From positions 6,758,001 through 6,822,000 of the forward strand of contig JBHGNT010000008.1 of NCBI GenBank assembly GCA_043228905.1: a DNA stretch of 64,000 bases, read 5' to 3'. The stretch comes from Azolla caroliniana (lineage: Eukaryota > Plantae > Polypodiophyta). This document shows positions 1 through 10,390 of the stretch, piece by piece (the stretch's first letter is position 1; each line of letters begins with the position of its first letter). The translations under genes were made by a program, and so were the position numbers. Under the pieces are notes generated by a model. That model searched no databases. It saw only the letters and a program-made list of their open reading frames with translations, and was not told where the DNA came from.

Positions 1-1027
1 AACACAAATGATTGAGTTTGGAGTAGCAAAATGACTCTCCTTTTCAAACAACTAAAATTGTGGGTAGTAGCTGAGGGGACAGAGATACAAGTCAACACGT
101 TAGACCCAAACTACCCTACATGGGAAGAACAAGATCTAGTAGCAAAGCTAGAAATCATGCCGAATTTGGAAGACCAGCAAGCCAATGCGATCAAAAATTG
201 TGTCATTGCAAACGCCATGTGGATCGACCTGAAGAATGAATACAAACCAATTGCCGATGGGAAGCAGTTCATGACTCTAAACTCATTAGTCATTTTAAAA
301 ATGCAAGAGGAAGAGGAAATGAATGCATTTATAAACTCATGGAAATAGAAATTAGATGATTGTCTCATGTTCGGAGTAGAAATCGAATCGAAGTTGCAAA
401 GGCTCCTTTTATTCGGTGCACTAGCACCATCTTGGAGCACTTTTGTGACCACCCAAAACTTCAATCCAAACACAACTCTCATCGACTTGATTAAATGTAT
501 ACAACATGAAGAAGCCATGAAAAAGGCATGTCATCCTGAACAGACACAACACACATAGCAATGATAGCATATCGTAGCAAACAACACTATCAAAACCAAA
601 GAACAAAATATAGGCCTACAAGCTGTCTTGAAAACTGTAGACTACAAATCGGAGGCCTCAAGTTCTCACAAATTTTCCGCATCATCTCCAAGAAATCTGG
701 ACACGCAAACAATCAATGTAGCTTTAGCCAAACCAGAAATAAACAATCATATCAAAGACCCAAATCATCTCGAGTAAAAGTTGATCTACCTGAAGAAGTT
801 TCGAAAGATGACTCATACCCAACCATAACAAACAATCAAAAAAATGCAAGCTTTTCTTGGAGAAGCTTTAACTGTAGGAATCAATGCTAAACAAAAATTA
901 GACAACACTAGGTACTTCGATACCGGTGCCATCCATCATATGAAAAATAATAAACAATCTATTAGAAATTATAAACGCTTAGCAACACCAATTCCTGTTG
1001 TATTTGGCAACAATGGAAGCCTAAATG
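1..1027 (+). pseudogene. gag: Copia A gag / protease fragment
   Basis: ORFs 31..348, 367..558, 561..890, 844..1050 give gag-like (LWVVAEG, ALAPSWSTFV, degenerate knuckle KKSGHANNQC) and protease YFDTGAIHHM sequence with stops and frameshifts. Confidence 0.8.
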
Positions 1028-1280
1028 TGTCAGGAGCAGTACGAAGATAGAGAAGGAATTAGTACTAAAGGATGAGGATTAGTACTAAGGGAGGTGTACA
1101 ACTCTCGAGAGAATGAAAGAGTGAGTGAGTGTGAGAGAGAGAGAATCAGGATAACAAAAGATATATATTATGTTAAGGGAATATACAATAGTAGCTAGGA
1201 GGCTTAAGACTAGCGTTGAACCGATTTGGTTCGAAATAATGCCTTGTGCCTCCTTTTATAGTGTTCTCAGGAGTACTCCT

Positions 1281-1313
1281 GAAGTTTCTAGAATGTTCTA
1301 GAGAAATCTGGAA
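1281..1313. promoter_or_regulatory. Heat-shock element array in B LTR
   Basis: GAA gt TTC ta GAA tg TTC ta GAG aa ATC tg GAA: four perfect alternating nGAAn units about 20 bp upstream of the minus-strand TATA (1254-1260). Decayed copy at ~6857-6890. Confidence 0.75.
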
Positions 1314-1370
1314 TTTACATCAATCTTCTATCGTAAAGCTTAAATGAAAATTCCTTCGTATTACAATACA

Positions 1371-1424
1371 TAGCCTAATGGTAAGAGGTCGACCCATGTA
1401 ACATAAGATCGTGGGTTTGAGTCT
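1371..1424 (+). promoter_or_regulatory. tRNA-like Pol III A/B-box cassette in B 3' LTR (antisense to element)
   Basis: A box TAGCCTAATGG (1371-1381) and B box GGTTTGAGTCT (1414-1424), starts 43 nt apart as in tRNA genes. Confidence 0.6.
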
Positions 1425-1431
1425 TGCCATA

Positions 1432-4400
1432 TCATGACACTATCCCCCCTTTAAAACGACGAGTGTTACGAATCGTTTTGGATTGAGGACCCAGTTTGTC
1501 TGAATATTGATGATGGAAGTCTTCAAGAAGAGCACGAGCATTGGTCACTTTCTCTATCGGTTCCCAAGTACGCTTGTTGGGACTATATCCTAGCCAATCG
1601 ACTAAATAGTAGAGCTTGTTGCAAACAATCTTGGAATCGAGGATGGTGGCAACTTCGTACTCAGGTCCATCTTCAAGTTCGATCGGGGTGGAGGTGGTCA
1701 CTTTCTCTATCAGTTCCCAAGTACGCTCGTTGGGACAATATCCTAGCCAATCGACTAAATAGTAGAGCTTGTTGCAAACAATCTTGGAATCGAGGATGGT
1801 GGCAACTTCGTACTCAGGTCCATCTTCAAGTTCGATCGGGGTGGAGGTGGTCACTTTCTCTATCAGTTCCCAAGTACGCTCGTTGGGACAATATCCTAGC
1901 CAATCGACTAAATAGTAGAGCTTGTTGTGAACAATCTTGGAATCGAGGATGGCGGCAACTTCGTACTTAGGTCCATCTTCAAGTTCGATCGGAGTGGAGG
2001 TGGTTTAATACGACCTAGGATGGTGTTGTCCTGATAGGGTTCTAGGAGAGAACTATGGAACACCGGATATATTTGTAGCTGCGGAGGTAGATCGAGACAA
2101 AAAGTGACATCATTAATCTTTCCGATAATACGGAAAGGACCTAATCGCCGATAATCCAACTTCTGGCATGGGCGAGTAGTCTTCATGTGTCGTCATAGTA
2201 GCCACACCTGATCTCCAATGTCAAAACTGGATGGAAGCCTATAACGATCCGCATAAACCTTGTGTGTTTGTTGAGCTTGTTGTAGATGAGTAGATAAATC
2301 CACTTGTATCTTACGTAGCCGCTCCAAACGATCCTTTGCACAAGGATTTGTAGGTAACTCTAGGGTTTTAAATACACACCACCGGGGGTGATAGCCCGTG
2401 TAAGCATAAAATGGTGTTATCTTTGTTGATGAGTGGACAGATTTATTATACGCAAAATCCGCGAAGTGGAGAATATCCGCCGAGTCATCTTGATGATAGC
2501 TTAAAAAGCACTGAAGATACTGCTCCATCGTTTGATTTGTTCGTTCTTCTTGGCCGTCTATTTGCACGTGGTAGCCGGAGGAGAGGTTACGAGTGACCTT
2601 AAGCATTTTAAAGAGGTGCTTCCAGAACTTTGAGATGAACTGGGGTCCACGGTCACTGATGATACTATCGGGAAGGCCATGATGCCGACATACTTCACAC
2701 ATGCCAATTTCGGCGGTTTCTTCATTGGAGATTTCCTTAGTACATGGCAAGAAATGGGCCATCTTCGTATATCGATCTACTACTGTTAAGATCGCATCGA
2801 ATCCCTTAGAGATTGGAAGATCTATGATGAAATCTACGACAATGGATTGCCATGGCTTCCTTGGAATTGGTAATGGTTCTAATAAATCATATGGATGATG
2901 CCTTGGCATTTTTGCTCTACAACATGTATCACAAGTCCGAACAAAATCTTTGACAAATTGTCAGATATGGGGCCACCAGAATGATCATTGTACTAAATCT
3001 AGTGTTTTAGTACTACCAAAATGCCCAGTTGTATATGTGTCATGACAGTTTTGGACTACTTGAAGGCGACAAGTACCATTAGGAACATACAAGAGTTTCT
3101 TAAAGAATAGTAATCCATCATGACATTCGAATTGTCGATAGTTCGTACCTGGTTGTTGCGACTGTGAACAAGATGCTCAAGAGGGATCAATTTGTGCTAG
3201 AATGGCTTGAGCGAATGCATCTGTCTTCAAGTCCTCACGAATGGTATCGATAACGTGGGAATCCAAGGGCATACTGAAGACCTGTGTTGCTTGCAATCGT
3301 GCTGGCCCAAGGATTACTTGATTTTGGTTCTCGAAAGCCGATTCGCCAGGACGCGGTGCTAGATACGAGCTCCATGATAATGCATTTGCCCTCCCTTGTT
3401 GCTTCCCTGGACGATATGTAATTTTGAAGCCGAAACAAGTGAGGAATTGGGCCCACCGAGCTTAACGTCAATTTAACACACGAGCATTCTGAAAGTAGGC
3501 AAGGTTTTTGTGATCACTAAATACGATGACTTGATGAGAAGACCCCTCAAGAAAATGCCGCCATTGCGTAAAAGAGTCCATTATTGCTAATAGCTCCTTA
3601 TCATGAATTTCATAGTTGATTTCCACAGTCTCGAACTTGCGTGAATGGAAAGCCACAGGATGTAGCTTTTCATCATCGCCTTGTTGAGACAGAATGCTAC
3701 CCAGGGCGAAATCCAATGCGTCTGCTTCAATGATGAATGGTTTTTCTAAATCAACATGAGCTAAAATAGGAGCTGATGTAAATGCCTTCTTAAGAGTCTC
3801 AAAAGCCATGTCCGTTTCTTCAGACCAAATGAACAATTCTCCCTTCCTGGTAAGTTGTGTGAGTGGTAGAACAAGCTTTGAGTAATCCTGTATGAACTTG
3901 CGGTAAAAATTGGCAAAGCCTAAAAAGCATGGCACATCTCACAATGAACGTGGAGTCTGCCATTCTACCACTGTTTTGACCTTAGTTGGATCCATGACAG
4001 AGGCCAGAAATGACAGATGCCCTCCGAGGAAATGACAGAGCCCAGAAATTCTACCTAGTTGCACCCAAAACTACATTTTTCCAACTTTGCATAAAGACCA
4101 TGTTCTCGAAGTCGTTTTAGTAATAACAGTACATGAGAATCATGCTTTTCTTGGGTCTTCGAATAAACCAACAGATAATCCAAATAGATGATCAAAAAAT
4201 CATCCAAGAGATCTCGGAATATATCATTTGCCATGTGCTGGAAGACTGTTGGCGCATTAGTGAGGCTAAATGGCATGACCGTATACTCGAAGTGCCCATA
4301 TCTGGTGCGAAACGCTATTTTCCATTCATCTCCTAGTTGGATCCGTACGAGGTTATATGCTCCCCGTAAGTCGATCTTTGTGAAAAACCTTGCACCATTG

Positions 4401-5334
4401 ATCTGCTCTAAAAGACTTGAGATAAGGGGAAGTGTATACCTATTCCTGATGGTGACTTTATTCAATCCACAGTAATCTACGACAAGAAGAAGTGATCCAT
4501 CCTTTTCCTGATGAAGAATATGGGTGCGCTGACTGGAGATTTTGAATGTCGAATGAAACCATTTGCCAAATTCTCCTCTATATAGGCTCGAAGAACTTCT
4601 AGCTCGGTTGGTGACAAATTGTAGATCGGTCCCCATGGTGGCTCTTTTCCGAGTTGTAAATTGATGGGGCAATCATACAGTCAATGGTGAGGAAGCATAT
4701 TGGCTTGTACTTTATCGAACACATCAACATAATGACGATACTTCTCTAGAAGTTGAACGCTGGACTCCTCTTTAATGATACTGGAGGGGTTGACTGATAT
4801 TGCGAAGAGAAACATTTCTTCCTTGCGTCCTTCCTCACGCAACAAATGTAGCGAAATTGTTGCAATCTTATGAGTAGATCCTTGGGTTTGTCGACACCGT
4901 ATTTCTCTTGTTCTCCAATCTATGGCTGGGTTATGTAATTCGAACCATGGTAATCCCAAAACAATGGGATGTTCTGGGATACTAATTATATTAAATGATA
5001 CTACACACGCTAAGTTATCTAGGACAATATAAATGGGTTCTGACTCTTCTACAATATTTCCAGAAGCAATAGGACGACCATCAATGACTACTATAGAGGC
5101 TGGACACGGGAGTTTTTTTAGGGATATCTGATGAGCTTGGGCAAAATTCATATCCATGAAGCAAGAGTTGGCTCCGGAATCTAAGAGTGCTAAGACATTT
5201 ACTGGAGGAGTACTTTTAGTACTAACCATTACTTGAGCTAAGAACACATTGCTAACTTGCTTAGAGGAAATGGAACCACTAATGGGCTGCACAGATCTAG
5301 GGTTGTCCAACCAAACGGCTCCTATTTGGCTGGA
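1432..5334 (-). pseudogene. pol: Chromovirus B pol (protease, RT, RNase H, integrase, chromodomains)
   Basis: LLDSGANSCF (PR); [24 protein letters not shown] (RT); FLGFANFYRKF, DKELLAI (RH); PWQSIVVDFI, ISDRGPQF, GPF (IN); YEVATILDSK...YYLVDWLGY (chromodomain). Many frameshifts. Confidence 0.93.
1543..2003 (-). repeat. Three tandem 153-bp units, each encoding a chromodomain
   Basis: Units start at 1543, 1696 and 1849 (51 codons, mutually in frame); ORF 1432..1854 shows two copies of PIELEDGPEYEVATILDSKIVCNKLYYLVDWLGY. Confidence 0.93.
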
Positions 5335-5335
5335 C

Positions 5336-6477
5336 TTAATCGTTTAACTCTTCTTCTAGTTGACTAAGGATTTCAAATTTGTTTGAAAGGCTTGGGCTAT
5401 TAGGACTATCAAACACACCTAGAGAAATAAGCTCGAGTTTAGTACTATTAGTACTAGTGGTTATTTGATTTACCTGCCTTTTCGGCCGATGGGGGTAGTT
5501 CACAGCAATATGCCCTGGTTCACCGCAATAAAGACATAATCTATTTGCCTTGCGTTGCTGCTTTTCTTCTTCCGATAGTGGTCCACGACGACGTGTGGTG
5601 TCGATTTCCATAAGAGTCGGAGTATTTGTTGGAGACGTATTGAATGACTCCCTTGGGAAAGGCTTAGCTACGATTGAAGTGTAGGTGGGCTCCAATCTTG
5701 TTCTTGGCATTTGGAACTGAAGTTCTGAACGTCATTTGAAGAGGCGATTATTGCATCGCACCGCACGACTGATTGCATCTGTCAATGACTTTGGCTCCTC
5801 GGGGAAAGTTAGAGTAAATCTTTAACATCATTACGTAGGCCAAAATGAGACTGCTCCATTAGTGTCAGGTCATCCCAGGGAATATCGGAGGCGAGAAGAC
5901 GGAAATCCGCAACATAAGCCGAGGCCGGCCGCTCACCTTGGCGCAATCTTCAGGTTTTGTTGATTGTTGTTCTAACACTATCAGTATCTCCAAAACAGGC
6001 TTTAAACTGGGTAATAAACTCTTCGAAATTATTTAACAAGGGAGAGCTTTTTTCTAACAGGGGGGTGAACCATGCCAAAGGCATGCCACTAAGTAGAAGG
6101 CCTACTAGTCCCACTCGTGATGCATCGGTGGGATATCGAGAAGGATGCATTTGAATGACTAATCGTACTTGATTAAGGAATCCTAAACTACGATCGCGTT
6201 CCATCGAATTTCATGGGAAGGCTGAACTTGGGTTCTTTATGAACCCCTTGCATATACTGGGTCCTTGTTGTTGCATTGCTACTATGGTTGCTTCAAGCTT
6301 TTGCACACGTAATGCTAGTTCCCCGTGGTGTTGTTGCGTCTATTGCTTCTCTAAGAAGATTTGTTGAAGCTCCCCCAACAGTCATTGATTTTCTTGTTCC
6401 AATGCAAGAAACATCTCTTTCAAGCATTGCCACTCCGAAAAAACGGATTGATATTCTTGAGTGCTAACAATGGCCAT
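5336..6477 (-). pseudogene. gag: Chromovirus B gag
   Basis: ATG at 6477; retrotransposon-gag core (FLNQVRLVIQMHPSRY...PLAWF); MEID motif; zinc knuckle CLYCGEPGHIAVNY; stop at 5336. Confidence 0.88.
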
Positions 6478-6572
6478 AGTATGAGAGAAAAGAGGAATAA
6501 GAGATTAGTATGAAGGGAGGGAGAAGTAAGAAGATAAAGGAAGAGAGGGAAGGGGAAAAAATCAGTTCAAAT

Positions 6573-7019
6573 TGTCAAGAGTAGTACTAAGACAGAGAAG
6601 TACTGTTAAGAAAATTACTAAGACACACAAGGAATTACTACTAAAAGATGAGGATCAGTACTAAGGGAGGAGTAGAACTCTCGAGAGAATGAAAGAGTGA
6701 GTGACTGAGTGAGAGAGAGAATCAGGATAACAAAATATATATATTATGTTAAGGGAATATACAATAGTAGCTAGGAGGCTTAAGACTGGTGTTGAACCGA
6801 TTTGGTTCGAAATAATGCCTTGTGCCTCCTTTTATAGTGTTCTCAGGAATACTCCTAAAGTTTTTAGAATGTTCCAGAGAAATCTGGAATATACATCAAT
6901 TTTCTATAGTAAAACTTAAATGAAAATAATATCTTTCGTATTACAATACATAGCCTAATGGTAAGAGCTCGACCCATGTAACATAAGGTCATGGGTTTGA
7001 GTCTAGCCATATCATGAAA
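6573..7019 (-). repeat. 5' LTR of chromovirus B
   Basis: Matches 1028-1439; terminal tgaca mutated to tgaaa; TATA 6830-6836; A/B boxes at 6951-6961 and 6994-7004. Confidence 0.94.
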
Positions 7020-9312
7020 AAATGCGTTAGGAAAAGGGGATGTCAACCTTCTCCTACAAGAAAATTAGCTCCTCACTCTGTAGACAATTTTTATTTTGCT
7101 CCTGGAATTACAAAAAATCTATTATTTGTCTGTCAAGCAACCAAAAACGGTACAACCATAAAATTCTAAGAAACATATGCACAAATTAAGCATAAAACTC
7201 CTAGCGGATAGACAACAAAATACATTTGCAAACACCTAGATGAAGGGCTATATCGCATTCCATGCACACCCACAAATACCACACTAGAAGCATACTATAT
7301 ATCGACAAACAAACAATTTCGTTTAACAAATGTGTGGCACCATCGACTCACACACAATTACAAGCAATAAAAAATATGCAACTACATAAAATGGCATTAG
7401 GCCTTCCAAAAGCCCATCTCACAAATCTGAAAATTTGTGAAGAGTGCATTCTTGGAAAAATGCCCCAATCTACTTTTCCAAGACGACAAACCACAAGCAG
7501 TCGACCACTGCAACTTCTCCACAACGATCTCTGTGGCCCCTTTCCTACAAAATCAATAAGTGGATCAATATACTTCGTAAGTTTTATTGATGAATATAGT
7601 AAATTCACCATTATCACCTTCCTAAAAGCTAAAACCCAAGCTCTATATGCATTCAAGAATTATCTCTCTTGCTGAAAATCTAACAAACCAAAAACTTCAA
7701 TTCTTACAAACGGATGGAGGAGGGGAGCACCACTCAAACGAATTCATAAATTTCTGCAAATCACAAGGAATCCACCATCGAAGGTCTGTTCCACACACAC
7801 CTCAACAAAACGGTATTGTAGAAAGAAAAAACAGAAGCCTGTTAAACACTACTCGCAACATGTTACATGTTGCAAAACTAGAATCAAAGTTCTCGAAAGA
7901 AGCCATTGTGACAGCCTACTACATTCAAAATCGAATCTACCACCAATCCCTAGGCTTCCTTACTCCATTTGAACTCTGCCTACCGCTTATATGACCCAGA
8001 CACAAACACATTCTTTTTTAGTCGAAGTGTCCTCTTTGATGAAGATACAATTCTTCAACAACACAAATGTTGTACAACACTTTCACCAACAACAGAAAAT
8101 AATTAGCACAATCAAGAGGTAGTCACACAATAGATGCTACACCTCGATGAACCCTCCTCACATGATATGCACCAAGTTCCCATTATCACTGATCCTACAC
8201 CATCCTCTGTCTCCTTCATCCTAACGTCCCCCTCAAATCACCCATTCTCTGATGTTGAGTACAGCTCCACACACTCGAGCACCACCCCTAAACCATTACA
8301 TAGTCCAAAATTTTCCCCTTTGCATTAAGAAAACAATTATGACTACAAAAATCAGAAACTCACCTTGGAAAATCGTGTCCATCACCATGGGAGGAGCAAG
8401 GTGAATATGAAGAACCATCTCCTCCTTCCACCTTCTCAAATAATCCTTGTCTATCATCCCCACAACACATCATTCCTCGAGCCTCAGCTCCCTCTACACA
8501 GTACAGAACCACGCCACCTAAGAAAGGTGCAGTGGATAGTCACGAACTCATCCCACAGTGTCATGCAGGAGACCTGAACCCTTCATCCACAATTACTCTC
8601 GGCACCCATCCACGCGTTCACACACAAAGTCCAAGTTAAATACTTCCCCTATAAAACTAGACTTCCCTAACACCTCACAACCCCAACAATTCCACACTTC
8701 AGACAATGATACTACACCCCCTAGATGTTTTACACCACTATGTGACATCTCCCAAGAATTGGACAATATCGAGTGTCACTTTAGTGACCTTGATAATGGT
8801 CACACATTCAACCTCGACCAAGAAAGTCCACATAACAATATCGAAGAACCCACTAACGTCGAAGAAGCGCTTCAAAGCCCCAACGCAGATCACTGGATCA
8901 ATGCAATGAAAAATGAAATGCACTCCCTCACAACAAATAAAACATGGGACTTAGTCAGAAAACCCATCGACCGCAAAATCATTACATGCAAATGGGTGCT
9001 TCAAATAAAACATGACCCCCAAGGAGAACCTATGCATTTCAAAGCTAGACTAGTTGCTCGAGGCTTTACACAAGTACCAGGAATAGACTTTACAGATACC
9101 TTCAGACCCACGCTTCTGATAACATCTTTTCGACTACTTGTGGCCATTGTTGCAGCTCAAAAGCTTGAACTTCATCACTTGGATGTTCAAACCGCCTTCC
9201 TACATGGTGACCTTGAAGAAGAAGTCTATATGGAGCAACCTCCCTATTTCCAGAATACACAACTTCCAACACACGTCTACGAATTGCAGAAGCCAATCTA
9301 TATGGCCTACGA
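7020..9312 (+). pseudogene. pol: Copia A pol, middle part (pre-integrase, integrase, RT N-terminus)
   Basis: ORFs 7262..7675, 7647..7994, 8558..9430 carry Copia integrase and RT motifs; the frame continues SLN|ALGKGDV across insertion B. Confidence 0.88.
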
Positions 9313-9689
9313 TGTCGCGAAAATACGACGAGGATACGTGAACTTGAGGCAGGACCCCGGGGACTCCGACCAGAGAATATCAAATTCGTGTGTTTATGTA
9401 CTAAGAATTAACCGAAATAAGAAAGATTGACAAATTTCATTAACAAATAGAAAGAAAGATTACAATTAATCCCAAGATTAGGATTACAAAAAGTTTAGCT
9501 AATGGAGATTGCTAGAGTAATAGATTAGAAGAATTTGAGATATGGATTCAATAGAAATTTAGGGTTTTTGGCTTTGATAAGGGATTTTAGATTTTGAGAT
9601 ATATCGCTTCCGTATGGAAATTAAGGGTTCTTGAGTGTTATGGCTTCCATAGGGAAAATTAGGGTTATTTTAGAGTTATGGCTCCGTGA

Positions 9690-10360
9690 GATAAGGTAAC
9701 AGGTCCCTCCGGATGAGGAGTACCCGGCAACGGAAGACCCGGTGAGAACCGGATGAGGAGTACCCGGAAACAGAAGACCCGGTGAGAACCGGATGAGGAG
9801 TACCCAGAAACGGAAGACCCAGTGAGAACCGGATGATGAGGGCCCGGAAACTGCCGGATGATGCAGGCCCGGTGAGGAGTGCTCACCGGATGAAGGGACA
9901 TATTCGTAAATATGTTTCTGAGAGTTCATCGGGGCTATATTTGTAAATAGTCGAAAAGTCATTTTAGTATAAATATGACTTAGGGCAAACTATTGTTGTT
10001 GTTGTTGTTGTCATTCTTGTTGGCGCAAGATTAGAGCGCAACAGTGTACAGTGAGAGAGAGAGAAAGAAAGAAACGAAGAGTTCGTATCTCTGTTGTAAC
10101 CGCCGCCTGTGGCGAAGATCGTGACCACGAGGTCGTTGCCTCCATGAGCTCACTGTTGTAATTATTGTTACATAGTGATAGTTTGCAGTCTCTCTGGGCT
10201 GCCGTGGTTTTTTCCCTAGTTTGGGTTTTCCACGTTAACATCCTGTGTACTCTTCTCTCCATTGTGTCATGCATTCATTCCCGTTTTTTTTTTTTTTGTG
10301 TTTGATTCTAAGCTTGGTTGTGGCCGAGCGTTGTTCATCGAGAGCGCGTAGTTCCTGTCA
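9690..10360 (+). repeat. 5' LTR of D with 40-bp internal tandem repeats
   Basis: Unit ccggatgaggagtacccggcaacggaagacccggtgagaa at 9709, 9749, 9789 and partial at 9829; ends ttcctgtca before the PBS. Confidence 0.9.
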
Positions 10361-10390
10361 AAGTGGTATCAGAGCAAAACGACACAGAAA

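Larger units (their letters stand above)
1028..1439 (-). repeat. 3' LTR of chromovirus B
   Basis: TGTCA...TGACA termini; matches 6573-7019 apart from a ~35-bp indel; adjacent PPT ctatcccccctttaa. Confidence 0.95.
1028..7019 (-). mobile_element. Ty3/Gypsy chromovirus B (Tcn1/Tf1-sushi-like), full length, decayed
   Basis: LTRs 1028-1439 and 6573-7019; perfect 5-bp TSD aaatg (1023-1027 / 7020-7024); PPT 1440-1452; gag-PR-RT-RH-IN-chromodomain order on minus strand. Confidence 0.96.

Noticed and set aside
1371-1430. Functional tRNA genes in LTRs or at 35107-35295
   Set aside because: Only A/B boxes are retained; acceptor and anticodon arms do not form a full cloverleaf.
9709-9860. CRISPR-like or hammerhead-ribozyme reading of the 40-bp repeats (cggatgag...gaaac; ctgatgag at 21588)
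   Set aside because: Units are contiguous with no unique spacers and no cas genes; the core is CGGAUGA rather than CUGANGA, and where CUGAUGA occurs stem II does not pair.
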